A stretch of DNA of 64,000 nucleotides from Pseudogymnoascus verrucosus (taxonomy: Eukaryota), in the NCBI GenBank assembly GCA_001662655.1, contig KV460250.1. One strand, given 5' to 3'. The notes beneath the pieces were generated by a model that searched no databases, had not been told where the DNA came from, and worked only from the letters and a program-made list of their open reading frames with translations. Positions within the stretch are counted from its first letter, which is position 1, and each line of letters starts with the position of its first letter. The position numbers and the translations under genes were made by a program. This document shows positions 1-14,561 of this stretch, piece after piece.

Positions 1-1722
1 CCTCGCCGGCCTCTCAACCACAACCCCAATCCAAGCTTCCAAGCCCACCATCCGCACTCTCCACATCACCTCGCGCTCCCAGCAAGCCTCCTCCGCCGGC
101 GTGAAGCTCACCTCCACCACGACCTCCTACCCAACTTCGCACGAGAAGATCCAGAACCCCGTCGACACCCCCTTCTTCATCGACAACAAGTTCGTCGCCT
201 CCACGACGAGCGAGTTCATCGACCTCCACGACCCCGCCACCAACAACCTCGTCACCCGCGTCCCGCAGAACACCGACGAGGAGCTCCGCGCCGCCGTGGC
301 GAGCGCGCAGGCCGCGTTCCCGGGATGGCGCGCCACGAGCATCGTGTCGAGGCAGCAGATCATGTTTAAGTTCGTGCAGCTGATTCGCGAGAACTGGGAC
401 CGTCTGGCTGCGTCCATCACGCTGGAGCAGGGGAAGGTGGTTTCTGATGCGAGGGGGGATGTGCACCGTGGTCTGCAGGTCGCGGAGAGCGCGTGTGGTA
501 TCACGTCCCAGCTTACTGGTGAGGTGTTGGAGGTGGCCAAGGATATGGAGACGAGGAATTACCGCGAGCCATTGGGTGTTGTTGCGGCTATCTGCCCGTT
601 CAACTTCCCCGCCATGATTCCACTTTGGTCCATCCCAATCGCCACGGTCACCGGTAACTGCCTGATCCTCAAGCCATCTGAGCGTGACCCCGGCGCGGCC
701 ATGATTCTCGCCGAGCTCGCAAAGGAAGCCGGTCTTCCAGACGGTGTCCTGAACATTGTTCACGGCTCGCACAGGGCCGTTGACTTCATCCTCGACGCGC
801 CGGAGATCAAGGCCATCAGCTTCGTCGGCAGCAACAAGGCTGGAGAGTACATCTACAGCCGCGGCTCCGAGAACGGCAAGCGTGTCCAGGCTAACCTCGG
901 CGCGAAGAACCACGCTGCCGTCCTGCCAGACTGTAACAAGAACCATGCTCTTAACTCCATCGTTGGCGCTGCTTTCGGTGCTGCGGGACAGAGATGCATG
1001 GCCCTCAGCACCCTGGTCATGGTTGCTGAGAGCAAGGACTGGCTCCCTGAGCTTGCGGACCTCGCTAAGTCGCTTGTCCTTAACGGTGGGTTCGAGAAGG
1101 ACTCTGATCTGGGACCGGTTATCAGCAAGCACAGCAAGGAGCGTATTGAGGGTCTGATTGCTAGCGCCGAGGAGGAGGGTGCTACTATCCTCCTCGATGG
1201 CAGGGGTTACAAGCCCGCTGACCCCAAGTTCGCTAACGGTTCGTAACCCCCTTCACTCTCTCAATATACATACATATCTAACGAAAAACAGGCAACTGGG
1301 TCGGCCCAACCATCATCACCGGCGTCAAGCCCCACATGAAGTGCTACACAGAAGAGATCTTCGGCCCCGTCCTCATCGCCCTCGAAGTCCCCACCCTCAC
1401 CAGCGCCATCGACCTCATCAACGCCAACGAATACGGCAACGGCGTCGCCATCTTCACTAAGTCCGGCGCCACCGCACAGGCCTTCCAGAAGCACATCGAG
1501 TGCGGCCAGGTCGGCATCAACGTCCCTATCCCCGTGCCCATCGGCGTGTCGAACTTCTCGTTCACGGGCAACAAGAAGAGTATTGCGGGTGGTGGCGCGA
1601 ATACGTTTTATGGAAAGATTGGACTCAACTTTTATACGCAGCAGAAGACGGTGACGAGTTTGTGGAAGGAGGAGGATGCGTTGGCTACGAAGGCTGATGT
1701 GTCGATGCCGGTGCATCATTAG
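1..1722 (+). CDS. mmsA: Methylmalonate-semialdehyde dehydrogenase (acylating, ALDH6 family), probably mitochondrial; 5' end outside window
   Basis: Frame is open from position 2 (LAGLSTTTPIQASKPTIRTLH..., presequence-like). ALDH motifs PFNFPAMIP, LKPSERDP, ISFVGS, NLGAKNH, catalytic GAAGQRCMA and EEIFGPV are present. Intron 1239-1291 (GTTCGT..CTAAC..CAG) joins the two ORFs in frame; stop TAG at 1720-1722. Confidence 0.95.
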
Positions 1723-2460
1723 GGGCCGGGTGTTTAAGCTAAGCTAAGCTGGTTGGTGGTTTGAATGCAGAATGTTAAAGCAAGCAATATTAATATTGTG
1801 TATATGTACACGTGAGCAAGCGCGTACTATGAATGATCCCCTTCGTGACTGCCAGCATAACCCCCCCCCCAAAAAAAAACACACATTACATCATCTATCC
1901 AGATCAGAACCAACAATATAATGCACTGTATGTCTCCTCCCATTGATAGGGATGGTTGCGTGGCTGAAGGAGCATAACAGCGATCTGCACTCGTTTGGCC
2001 CGCTCAGTACCTGTCAATCATCCTGGAGGACCCACGAAGTTCAATTGCACGTAGAAGTTGTATGCAGTGGTTGGGTGCGGGTATTTCCCCCCTTCTAGGA
2101 GAATCCTCTATTTTTTGCAATTTTTTTGGCTTATATGAGAACTCCCACAGACGCCTGTGAGGAGGAGTTTTTTGAGATTTTGAGGATTTGGGATATCAAT
2201 AAAAGCTCATGGAGACGAGGTGAAGCGAGGTGAGGCGATGCGTTGGGGGGGTGGGATGGGACTGTGTATATTAATGATGAGGAAGGGCAGGTGCGGTGGT
2301 TGAAGTTGTGGATGTGGAAGTGGAAGGAGCGGTGGTTGTGGAAGGAGTAAAGGGGCGACGGCTATGGTGGGATGGCGGCAAAGGCGGAAGGAATGAACGG
2401 CGCGTGTAGATAACATAGGTCCATTATTAATATATCCGGGTATACCCACGCACGCGCCCC

Positions 2461-5290
2461 CTACTTCTTAACCAACCTATACTTCCCCCCCGCCAACTCC
2501 AGCTCCCCGGCCGCCACTTTCGTAGAAAGGTACTCCGCAAGCTCCTCATTACTATACGGGAACCCCTCTACAATCAGCATCTTAAGCATCATCCCAATCT
2601 GCGCCAATGGCATCTTCGCCGCGCTATTCTTTAGCATCCCCTGGATGAACTTCCAGTACATAGCCATCTTATCCTCCACCTGTGACCCCCGCGCAGGTCC
2701 ATCATCCGTACTTCCACCAGCCGCGGCAGCTGCGGCTGCGGCGTCGGAGCGCTGTCGCTCCGCGGGGTTGAGGGTTTCGAGAACGGCGAACTCGTCGGGG
2801 CGGGGAGAGTGGAGGACCATTTTGCCGACCCAGAAGGCAAGCGCAGAGCGCAGGAGCCCGTCGTCCATTTGGAGGTGCTCAGCGAGGTATTCGAAGCTCC
2901 TCGAGACCGGTTCAGCACCCTGCGGCGCGCCCTGGAAGGCCCAGATGACGGCAGCCTGGTAAGTGTGGACCACCTCCGTGATAGTGCGGTCTTCGAGTTC
3001 GATATCCACCGTCGCGTGACCCAGAGCATGCAACCACGCCAGCTTTCTTGCGTTCTTGAGAGACTCGAAACCCGCCTCGTAGCGCTGCTGGAGGTGTGCG
3101 ATAGGGTCGGGGACTTTGTAAGTCTCGTCCTGGAGCTGGGGCCAGAAGAGGCGGGAGAGGATTTTGGCGTGGAGGGAGGGCTTGAGGAGGCCTTCGGGAC
3201 TCATGTCGTCTTGGGCGGTGCGGAGGGTGTGCAGGCTTGCGGTGGTGATTTCTTCGGCGCTGGGGTCGAGTTTTTGGGCGCGCCGGATGGCGCTGTTGAG
3301 GCGTCGAGAGTCTTGGATATCTTTTATCATTACTTCGCAGCTTTGGAGGCTGGATTCGCCGAAGCGGGTTTTGAGGAGTTCGAGGACTTTGATCTGGGGG
3401 GTGTTAGATGGGAAGATACGCAGGTTTGTATGGACTTACCTCTCGGTCGAAATCTCCGTCGTTCTTGAGGAGATTGTCCCCGATGATACTCTGGAACTCC
3501 TTGATGAAGACATCTTGGGAGCCGAGTACACCAATCAATGTTCCAATAATGTCAACATTCTTTCGGCGTTTATATCCAGGGCCAGCATCCACTGGATCTG
3601 GAACCCATTCCATATCATTCCAATCCATATCATCGTCAGGGCCCTGTGTACTATCAACGCCGCTGTTAAGCAAATATGCCAGCTCAACAAGCTTGTCTCC
3701 ATTAGAGCTGCTGGGTTTGCCCTTTTCAACATCCTTATCAGCCAGCAAACCAGTAATGATAATCCTCACGGTGTCTTCCCGCGAACACAGATAAACTTGT
3801 AACGGGTAGGCGACACGATCAAGGAGAACCTTTGAATGGTCCAGCGCGTGGAAGGAGCATATCATAGCAATATATGTTCTCAAAATCTCCAGGGTTGACT
3901 TCCCAGGGTGTAGCAGTCGCTCCTTAAGCTCCACAGTAAAGGCCTCAGTTAACTGCAGGCGACGCTGTGGCGTAGTAATAGCGGTTCTGAGGTCGTCAAT
4001 TGCTCCGCCGCCATTGGGCCAATGGACAACAATGTCGAATAACTCTGAAGTTCGGAGGCTTGCGAGGCGTCCAATAGCCATTTCTTTCCACTTTTCCAGG
4101 TCGCTATATGCGACTTCGGTGGAGTCTAATTGACTCAATATCTCGACAGCTAGTCGAGCGTACTCGTTCTCTGTCCAGGCACAGAGATCTGTAACACATC
4201 TGGATGGCTTTGAGTGGTTCACCACTCTCGGTACTAGGGGCTCTTCCTCGGTGGAGAGCGATGAGGGGCCAACGAGTGAGCTCCTGAAGTGCTGAGACTT
4301 TCTCCGTTTTGTAACTTCCGCGAGAGTTGGCGGGGATGGCTCATCTTTCCATACACGCTGGTAAGTGCCATAAACGTATGTAGACATGCTAGTATTCATG
4401 GCCTCGGCGAACATGATCTGGAACTTCTCGCCCCCTAAGCCGACATTATGCAATGCCTGTGCAAGCGCCAGAAGCTTCGTCCTGGCATCTTCTTGTTCCA
4501 TCTTGTCTGGAGATACCCGGGTGCCGTCCACAACGCGAGGAACAGCGAGAACGATAGGGATCTCTCGATTCACATACCACTCAACGGTCTCCCAGACAGA
4601 ATCGGGCACAGATTTCCTCACCAGAGCCTGGAAGTCACGATGAAATCCGCCTTTAAATGATTCCGGTAAGGAGGAGCTCCGGTGGCTCAATGTCTTCTCT
4701 ATTTCAGTCACCTTATCCAGGTACAAACTTTGAGCTTGCACCAAAACCTGCAGCGTACGCTGCAGCAGCTCTTCATGGCCAAACCCAGTAACAGCATTCT
4801 CAAGCCATGGCTGCACCGTCCGGAAAAAATGAGACCGCATACTTTGGGACAACCATTTCACAAGGTCTTCATGATGCGCCGCATATGGCAGGCGGGTTTC
4901 CGGCGTCAAGACATCCAGTAAAGCCGTTCCGTATTTCAATGGAGGCGACGCCTTCTCCGCGCTATGAATCTCTTGTCCATAAGGACTGAAGGGTTCATCC
5001 TGGAATGATAGCCAGCTGGTCACTACGTGCCATGATCTGTCCCAAGTGACCTGGTCCTGGACATGTCGTGACGAGTCCGACCGGGTATCGGATGGAGGTT
5101 GATAATCCGCACTACGGGTCACAAGATGCTGATTCCCCGTCCCTCTAAATCCTCCAAATGGCTGTCCAGGCGCCGTGAATCCGGTGTTTGGCGTCGACTT
5201 GGGAGTGGGCTCAGAGACAGCGACAGTGTATTTCTCGAAGACGGAGTTGAAAACCTGTCTTTGACGCGCCTTGACGCCCATTTGCGCCAT
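2461..5290 (-). CDS. APC2: Anaphase-promoting complex subunit 2 (cullin-homology scaffold), ~927 aa
   Basis: Motifs RLLHPG, YLCSREDTVRIII, WVPDPVDAGP, ILSRLFWP, RKLAWLHALG and a C-terminal winged-helix-like segment. One intron, 3394-3439 (GTAAGT..CTAAC..CAG), gives DRE|IKVLELLKTRFGE. Confidence 0.93.
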
Positions 5291-6082
5291 ATTTGAAGTT
5301 GGTGCCTCCTCACGGGAGGTATTTCATGATAATTATAACTCTCTGGGTATCATATTTCGCACAGTCGCTGTATCGCGGGGTTGTGTTGCGTCACGTTGTC
5401 TAAACACGCTAGTGCTTGTAGTCCCCAGTTGGGAAATCGCGAAACTATTACGAAGTCACATGACTTCCGGACATAAATTTTCTATCTGCCGCGAATTGAA
5501 CCAGTCCACAAAAACATTGTCTCATCGTTCTTCGTCAAAGGGAAGATGGGACTTGCTCCAGTGCAGTACAGCATACTGTATTTATGTCCATTATGCAAGT
5601 CGCTTTCTTTCTTTACTTATTATCATGAGTGTCACTTCTTCAATGCCCTATGGAGCCAAATGGGCCAAGTCTACTGAGTAAGCCAAAAATCGATGATGGA
5701 TCTATTTTGCCCCTTTTTCTTACGTCAGTCCCGTGACGTTTTGGTGTGTCCCCCTCCAAAAAAATCTAGACAGTCCCACATATTAGGATCGCCCTCCTAT
5801 GAGGAGCAAAAGACGTGTAAAGAGTGGGAAAATCAGAGTGTGGGGAAGCAAAACCAATCCAACACCAAAGGTCGTGGTAGGTAATAACAATCTAAGTAAC
5901 AGCTCTTTCCTCGTCTTCTCTTATACACCTATTCTATTCCTTCCCCGTCAGACTACCTCGTTCCCAAGCCAAGCCAGAGTGTTTTAGTTGTACGGAAGAA
6001 GACAAGCAAAAAATATAAGAAGAGAGAGAATCCATGATTGACGTCGTTTGCTGTATCACGAGAGCCCAAGGCCTAGTCAACG

Positions 6083-7929
6083 ATGGTGCAAAGCGGTATG
6101 CCCGTCGAAGAGGTTGATATCCCATCGACCAATGGATACCCTACTCAAGATAAAACCACCAAATACGAAGCCCAGCTTGAAAAACAGATCGTACCTCGCG
6201 AACAATATGTGTAAGTCTGCCATAGACTCTTTCCCGCGACCAACCCCTGACAGCAGCCATGCAGTAAATCGGGCTTCGCCGGCATCCTCGGATCCCCATA
6301 TGTCCTCGCATGCGCCTCGTTCTCCGCCATGGGCGGCCTCCTCTTCGGCTACGACCAGGGCGTCGTGTCCGTCATCCTCGTCATGGAGCAATTCCTCTCG
6401 GAGTTCCCACGCGTCTCGGATACCGCAGGAGGAGCCGGGTTCTGGAAGGGCCTGTTGACCGCCATGATCGAACTTGGCGCGCTCATCGGAGCCATGAACC
6501 AGGGATGGATTGCGGACAAGATATCGAGAAAATACTCCATCATGGTAGCGGTTGTGATCTTCCTCGTCGGAAGCATACTGCAGACTGCTTCGAATGGATA
6601 TGCCATGCTCGTCGTCGCGAGACTGATCGGTGGAGTCGGGATTGGCATGCTTTCCATGGTCGTGCCGCTCTACATCTCAGAGATTAGCCCTCCGGAGATT
6701 CGAGGAACCCTACTCGTGCTCGAGGAGTTAGCAATCGTGGGTGGAATTGTGGTCGCATTTTGGATTACCTACGGCACAAGATTCATACCCGGTGAATGGT
6801 CATGGCGCCTCCCGTTCCTCCTCCAGATCATTCCAGGCGTCGTCTTGGGCTGTGGAGTGCTTGCACTGCCATTCTCCCCGCGTTGGCTCATATCTAAGGG
6901 GCGCCACGAAGAGGCATTGGACTCGCTGTCCAAACTGCGCCAGCTACCACCCGACAATGCCCTCGTCCTGAGAGAATGGACGGAGATCAGGGCCGAGGTG
7001 ATGTGCCACCAAGAAATTAGCGCTGAGCGCCACCCAACGCTCCACGCTGAGCCGACGCGTCTCAACCGGATCAAGTTGGAGCTCGTGTCCTGGCTCGACT
7101 GCCTCAGACCCGGGTGTATCAAGCGTACTCACGTCGGTACGGGCCTCATGTTCTTTCAACAATTCGTGGGTGTCAACGCAATGGTTTATTACAGCCCGAC
7201 TTTGTTCAAAACTATGGGCCTCGAGTACGATATGCAGCTCATCATGTCCGGTGTCCTCAATATCTGCCAGCTCGTCGGCGTGGCATCCAGTCTCTACACA
7301 ATGGACCGCGTCGGTCGCAAGCCGCTCCTGGTATGGGGAAGCGTACTGATGTCAGTCTCCCACATCATCATTGCCGCGCTCGTCGGCGTCTTTGGCAAAG
7401 ACTGGACGCATCACCGCAATTCAGGCTGGACATCAGTTGCATTCCTACTGTTCTACATGCTCGCATTTGGGGCTACTTGGGGACCCGTACCCTGGGCCAT
7501 GCCATCGGAGATCTTCCCCAGCTCGCTGCGAGCAAAAGGAGTCGCATTATCCGTCTGCTCCAACTGGTTGTAAGTTCACCTCATCAGATAATCCCCCCCA
7601 AAACCAGCCAGATCACTAATCGTGCACGCAGTAATAACTTCATCATCGGACTCATCACGCCACCGCTGGTGCAGAACACGGAATGGGGCGCCTATCTCTT
7701 CTTCGCCATCTTCTGCGTGCTATCAGGGATATGGGCATTCTTCTTCGTGCGCGAGACGAACGGCAAGACCCTCGAAGAGATGGATGGCGTGTTTGGCGAC
7801 TCCGCGAGCGCCGAGGACGAGGAGCGGAGGCGCAGGATCGAGGACATTCTGCGCATCCGGGATGGAGATGCAGACAGTAGGGCTGAGGGGGAGGTTGGGG
7901 TGCTCCAGGGAGACAAGGAGGCTGAATAA
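6083..7929 (+). CDS. MFS sugar porter (monosaccharide/quinate-type transporter)
   Basis: Motifs GGLLFGYDQG, PLYISEISPPEIRG, QQFVGVNAMVYY, DRVGRK, WGPVPWAMPSEIFP and ETNGKTLEEMD. Introns 6211-6264 and 7570-7631 restore the frame. The start could be the ATG at 6083 or 6098. Confidence 0.92.
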
Positions 7930-10900
7930 CGGCGGTTGGGGCGGTTGGGGGGGCGGGGTGTCTCCACCCAGGCATACGAGGTGCCGGGCCAAAACTGGCG
8001 ATGCGAAGGATCGAGACAAGAGGTACCGTACTGTACAGTACAATACCTTTGCTATATGCAATGCTTATCGGCCCGGCTCAACGTTGAGGGACGCCACGCA
8101 GGGGATCAGGAGAGCTGCGGATGATACCGTACTCTATATACATGCCCGAATAGGAAATAAGGCGGATATGACAGCAGGGCATGATAGAAACAAAGCAATT
8201 TCTCCTCCTCGTATCATACCCTACGTATGCAGCATGTCGCTGTCGTGCGGCCCCGACAGATCGGGGACGTGATGTGAATCTGTATCTGCATAAACAGCTG
8301 GACCCTTGAGCAGCTGCCTTCACGGACTCGAATTATCTCCGTGCCTTGGAAGTGGACGGCTCAGGTCGCACTGTGGTCGCCTTCGTATGGCAGCATATGC
8401 ACATGCGTAGCTGCTTAGCCCCCAAGGTAACAACACCCCCTGCCCGCGAAGGAAGCTCGTCCTCGTATCCAAGCTACGTTCTGGGCCTATAGATGCGGCT
8501 CCGCGGATTAGGCATACTGCCACATCTGCGCGTGCATGGGGAGGTCATGCACGGTCGGGGGTTGAAGGGAAAGGAGGGGGCTACGTCGCTGGGGTTTTCA
8601 CGCATCCGCGTGGATGTCGGGAGGGAGTCCTTGGTTGAAAATGAACGGATAGCTGGGAGCACAGTTTAAGATTCTCGTACGGCAGAGCGACGTAGGGGTC
8701 GCGCTTATGATGTTGTACAGCGCCGGAGGACAAGCTGGATTGGGAGAGTTGGCCGATAGGGCTGAGAGGGTGGGTATGACGTATAGCTGTGAGGCACTGG
8801 ATGGGAGACCGCAGGAGGAGGAAGGGAGGAGGAGGTGATGCAGGCTGATTAGGGTTGATTGTGAAACATGCGCTCGTATTCATGAATGTTTATAGGGCTG
8901 AAGGAACGCATATCGAGGGCGTTTTGAGGGCGTTTTCGCGGGCGTTTTTGTGGCTGCTGGGCTAGACCGAAGGATGCGGGGTGCGGTTCATCGGATGAGA
9001 TGAGGGTTAAGATGGGCTGCGGGTGATCGGGTGGGCGGGGGTTGGGGAGTGGATTGATTTGAGACGGGAAGGCGGGAAGTGGCGGCAGGAGCGGAAGTGA
9101 GAAATTTGGTGGAGTTCGTCAATACTATGATGGTGGTGATGGTGATATCTAGGCCACAGGAAGGGAACGGATTGGGCGCACAGGACAAGCTTCCCTGCCC
9201 TGAGGATCCTGTCTTAGAGGCGAATTAGAGGACGAGGAATTAGATACTGAACAGCAAGAGCACAATAACAACGCTTCCATAACTGCCGGCCCTCCTGATC
9301 ACTCAGCAGTGAGAGGGAAGGACGGCATCGCGGTCCTACCCTACGATTCAGTGCATGCAGCTTGATCGTTGTCGATGTCAGCACTAGCATCTATTTGCGT
9401 GACTTGGGGGCCAAAAATCTAGAGGGGTTGCAGTCGTGGCACCACCAGGGTGCACGTGGCTTGCTGGTGCGGGCTGGAAGGGGAATTTCTGCACCTGTCC
9501 AGGGTGTGAAAAGGGGATTCATCGGCGTTGTTGTTAGGTTGTGGTTATCGTTGTCGTCGCCAGGGTTTGAAAGGCGGAATGAAGGGAGGCCATCCTAGTG
9601 TGATAGCGGAAGTTGACTCTAGCACTCCATGTCAAATGCTCTTCACCACGCCCAGCAAATCACTCAATAACACCAGACCTCTATGGGCCACCACACCAAT
9701 AGCACCTAGTCCGTGTGGGGTGGGTGGGGAGGGTGGAGAGGGTGGGGGCCAAAAAGTGGCGTCGTCGGACAGGGAGGACACGGCCCAGATGCTCCAGCGG
9801 AAACGGTGGAGACACAAACTGACGAACGAACGATGACGCTTGGAGCGCAGGGGAGAGGTGATATAGTACCATGCATGGAACCGGAGTTTACAGACTGCAT
9901 ATCTCCATGTGACAGGCTGCGAGGGAACGACTGGCTATGGAGAGAAGAGTTTTGCGCTGTTTTATGTCAAATCCTAAGGCGTCTTTGGCATCGTGCTGCC
10001 AATGGAAAGTGCTGCTGAGGATGCCCGCTGCTTCAGCTCGTCGCTGGCAATTGCTGGGCGATGTGGCCGGCCTTTTGAGAACAACATGAATGCTCCTATA
10101 TGCTTTTGTAGGGCATGCGCGGATAATCCGTGCAGATGCTCCTTCCTGATACAGCTCAGGTGCAAGTATCCACCTTGAATCCTACAGCGCACAAACCACC
10201 CACCAAGACGCCGACAGCGCACGCACTGACTTGAGCCATCCATACATGTAACTGCATGAAAACCTTACGTCAGCACCCTAGCTGCCAAGTGTAATTTGCA
10301 GCAGCAGCCAGGACAGGGGAGAAACCGGTCAAGAAAAGACGAGCACCGGTTACTCGATTGGGAACCCGATAAAAACCATGTGATATCCGGGATTCGGCAT
10401 CTCTGAAACTCAAATCATTATGCAATATAGGACACGGCGGAGAAAATGGCGCGCCCTAGCGCAAGCCCCAATTTTCGACAGTTCGATGCCTAGAGGGGGG
10501 AGAGGCAGGAAGGTCCCCCGCTCTCCACTCCCCTGGTGACGATCTTGGACGCTAAATATCTTTGCGAGACATTTTGTACCAGGGTCGCATGGGATGGCTG
10601 TCGCGGCTGAGATTGTATCCGAGAGAAGGTTAGAGCGACAAGACAACCAAGGGAAAGGGGGTCGCGCCACGCGGTTGGGCTTGTGGGTGGTTGCTGGGTT
10701 GCTAGGATGGTTCTTGGCTGCTGTCGGTGTACTTCCGAGTGGCATGTACAGTACAGTACTCTTCTCTTTGAAGTGTGACGATGTCTCGGGCGCTGATGAT
10801 GGGTGGTTACGCCCGCCAGGAATTTAATGTCCGCCGCTCTTCACCCCGTGGCTTGCTCGCCGTGTCATGTTGTACGAGAGCTGTCGGCCGACGGGTGCGG

Positions 10901-13168
10901 GGGGACCAGCCAACTGGGTTGCGGAGAGGCGCGGAGCGGAGTTTGATTCAGGAAATGCGATCGAGAATGTTGGTGCCACAGCGCAAAGGCGGATGCATCT
11001 CTGTCAAACGTAGCAGCGACGAATAGCTGTTGTAGTATCGTAATGCTGACTGTCTCTTTACCTGAGATGGTCAACGGTCCGGTCTCCTGTTCACATTCAC
11101 GCAAGCTGCTGTGTTGTAGAGCACAGGATCTCGGCGAACACAATCGCAAAAACCGATCCTCACCGCGCCCGATGGAATCCAATCTCACTGCAAATACCGC
11201 CGTGCGCCGCCCGGCCGCCAGATGTACAACCGAGACCTCCATTCTTCCCCTCCACGATCGACGCTGCGCGTGGGCGATCGTGCGCAACACTCTCAATCCC
11301 GTAGCCCCCGGCCGCCACAGTCGCACCCATCATCTGCACACATCCGAAAATAGCACCTCCCACACACACATACAAAATACAATCCGATACATGGCGCCAA
11401 TCGCGCTCGCGGCTGAGCATCACACCCACTGGCCCTTAAACGCTGCATATAGTTTCACGACACACCTCTCAAACTCAAAAACGAGGCGCAGCGACCATTG
11501 CCGCCGCGCGTGTGTATTTTGAGTTATGATGCTGACCAGATGCGTGGCGGAGCGGCGGCAGCGGCGGGGGGAAGGGGGGAGCGGGAAGTTCCAGGCGAGT
11601 CCAGGTACGGTACAGTACAAACCACCCCCCTAGCGAGGGGCACGGCCCAGCCGCGTCTACTGCGGTTCGGATCCGCGGGTGTTTTCGCGGCCGTACGGGG
11701 TCTTGGCCGTCCCCTCACATCCGCAATCTATTATCGCTGACGCGAGGGGCGCCGCCATCTGTCGCGAGAATTCCGCGGCTAAACGGGAAAACTGGGAAAA
11801 AGAGCGGTTTTGTTTTCGGGCCTTTATCTCTGGGGCTGCAGCTGGTGCGTGCGCGCGGGATTGCTTGGTGCTTGGCATGTGTTCTGGAGCTGGAGTGCCT
11901 GGAGCCTTGTCTATCTGTCGTCTTTCGGTGTCCTAGTGAATAGTGGGGTAGGGGGGGAGGATTCGGGGGTTCCGGTCGCGGTGCACGGGTTTACTTACCG
12001 TGGTGCAATGGAGCGTACAGAATGTCTTCGCCGTCTCATTCCACGCAGATGAGTCCGTTGGGGGCTTTTATTCAGAGACACAGAGGTTGTGCTACCTGGT
12101 CGCTGGCGAACTTGCCTTACCCGGCGTGGTGTTGGTTAGACAAGCACAGGAATCACCTGACTCAGCTCGTCCCTGAGCCCCGTGGAGCGATGATCGAGTC
12201 TGGGGTATTGAAGGCGGCTTGTCTTCGGGGTGAGTTGCACGCAAACGCGTGACAGGCCAATACGATTAATCGCACGCAAATGTGTGGAGAGGAGAGCCAG
12301 CGATCGGAATTACACGCAAACGGGTAGACGATCAGCGCAAATTGCGCATCTTTCCGGATTCTCAATCCCGCCAGTGAGAAGGTTACCCTTAATTGGGACA
12401 TTCTATTTCACCAGTTTAGTATTTCAAGTGGGTTTTTCTTGGCTGGCAGACTCTCCTTACTTGCTTATTTGGTTTGCTTTGCTGATGGTTGCTTACGTGA
12501 CTGGAGATAGCGCAGGGTACAGTGCGTAAGGTTACGGTGAGGTCGCATTCGCCATGCACCAACCATGCACTAACTAACTATGCACCAACTAGGCAGCCAC
12601 TTCTGGCCAGTTAGTAGTATAGGTGGGTTCGAACGGCTCACCAACGAACCGGGGTATGGGGATACGCTTTTTTGGTGTTTGGGCTCTTGAGGTGCAGTCA
12701 GTTGTTGGAAGTAAGGGGGGTCCGGACAACGCCGCTGTAACTAATTCACTGTTGTTTGATCCCCCCATATGCACGATTTTTTTGTTTGCTGCGAGATTTT
12801 ACCGGGTATCAGTTTTGTTTGATTTTTTGGGTCTGCAGCTCTGTTGGCTAGCTAAATTTCTAAATGCTAAAGCGAGTGTGGGAGATGAGGGTGTGCCCAT
12901 TCCAAGAATGCCAATCTGAGGTAGTGCCCAGTACGCACGCACGAGGCTGTTTCCAACAGACAGCCTCCACTCTCTCTATCCATATACACGTAGCGCTGGC
13001 TGCAAGGCAAGCCGCGCTCGGTTTCCAACATCCATGACCGCCCACCCTCCTACTCTAGGAACTGTCCAATTAAGCCTCGTAGCTTTTCGTAAAATATGTA
13101 CACGAAGATGATAGTTTAGTTTCGCCGCCCCCGCGGCGCTTGTATTAAGCAGCTGGCTGGCTAACCGA

Positions 13169-14561
13169 CTATGAGTTGCGTCGTTGCTTGCACTTCTCGT
13201 GCGCCATGTGCCCGTTGCGTGCCGTCGTGCGCGTGAATTCCGCGCCGCACTTGTTGCAGGTGGGTTTGTTGGCCATGCCGGACTTCTCACGTTGGTGGCG
13301 TAGCAGGTTGCTGAAGGTCGAGAACTTGCGGCCGTTGCAGTCGTGGTCCCAACACTGTGGTTTCGGGCGCGAGTGCACCACGCGCACAGTGTCGGGGGAC
13401 TCTTGTGGAGCATTCGCCTGCTGCTGGTTGCCGTAGTAGAATTGCATTTCCGGGCCTGAAGTCATGGGGGGCATGGTGACTGGGCGGGAGCTGAGAGAAG
13501 GGATAGATGGTTCGCCTGGTGCGGTGGTGTATGGCATAAGGTATCCACCTGAAAAGTCGTTGCTAATGCTGCCGTTGTGTTAGTTGTCGGTCCAATTCCT
13601 TCATAGACAGGTGTTACTTACATTGGGTACGGGGCCTGGTATAGTTCTGGTGATTGAGTGCTCGGGATTTGGGGAGGGCTCATGTATGGCTGTTGTAGTG
13701 GTAGGTTGATGGAAGAGATTGATGCTGAGGTCGTGGGTTGAGAATAGCCTGTGAGAGTCCTGGGAAGGATGTCTGGCGTAGTTGAGAGAGATGGGTGGTA
13801 TGAGTTGCTTGATGACCTGTCCCGCCTGATCTGTGCCTTTGAATCTCTCCGCGCCTGATCTCTTTGGCGCTTCAGCTCGCGCTGCTCGGTGGTAAGCATG
13901 CCTTGGGGCGGGCTTGACGAAATAGACCGCGAATCACTGGAGACGATAGCCTGCTCGGCGAAGGGATCCAGCAGCCCAGATCCGTCCTGGTAGCTGGTGC
14001 TTTGGTCAAACACTGGGTTAGGTTAGTCTGTGTAGTTGGTGACGGTCATTCCTAGAGAAACTCACCTGGCCAGGAATAAGCTGAACGGTTCAGTGATGCG
14101 TCGAATGGAGGATAGTATTGAACACCCATAGTACTAGAAATGTTAGCAGTGGCCTCGTAGCAATTGGGGGTCTGGGCAACTCACGTCATACTGCTCTGGG
14201 AGAAGGGGTCTCCTTCGCTCGTGTAGCTAGATCTCGACGGCGGAGGGATAACTTGGTCTTGAGCTGGATCGAGACGTAGAAGCGGTGTTTGTGAGGACTG
14301 AGAGGGGTCTATGTATGACCAGCCTTGCAAGGTGGTGTTCTGAGATGCGAGGGGGAGCGGCGCAAAGAGTGGTGGCGAGGAAGTTGCTGAGAATGCTGGG
14401 GACTGTTGCGGGGTAGACTGATCGTATTCTGAGGATGATGATAAAGGTGCTTGGTTATGGATTGCTATGGCAGACGACTCGGCGAGTGATAGTTGTCTTT
14501 GAGGTCTAGATCTAGACGTTTGTGAGTCTTCCTGACTAGGAAACTGAGGATAAGGCTCCAT
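13169..14561 (-). CDS. C2H2-type zinc-finger transcription factor, ~411 aa
   Basis: C-terminal RPKPQCWDHDCNGRKFSTFSNLLRHQREKSG..CNKCGAEFTRTTARNGHMAHEKC, a basic helical segment (EQRELKRQRDQARRDSK) and an S/P/Q-rich N-terminus. Three canonical introns (14134-14184, 14013-14065, 13569-13621) join four exons in frame. Confidence 0.88.

Noticed and set aside
14..1132. 372-aa antisense ORF over mmsA, and similar long shadow ORFs over APC2, the dioxygenase, the helicase and calnexin
   Set aside because: Expected by-product of biased codon usage on the coding strand; no recognisable motifs.
12626..12673. GGTTCGAAC (B-box/T-loop-like) followed by a T6 run
   Set aside because: No acceptor, D or anticodon stems could be built; not a tRNA.
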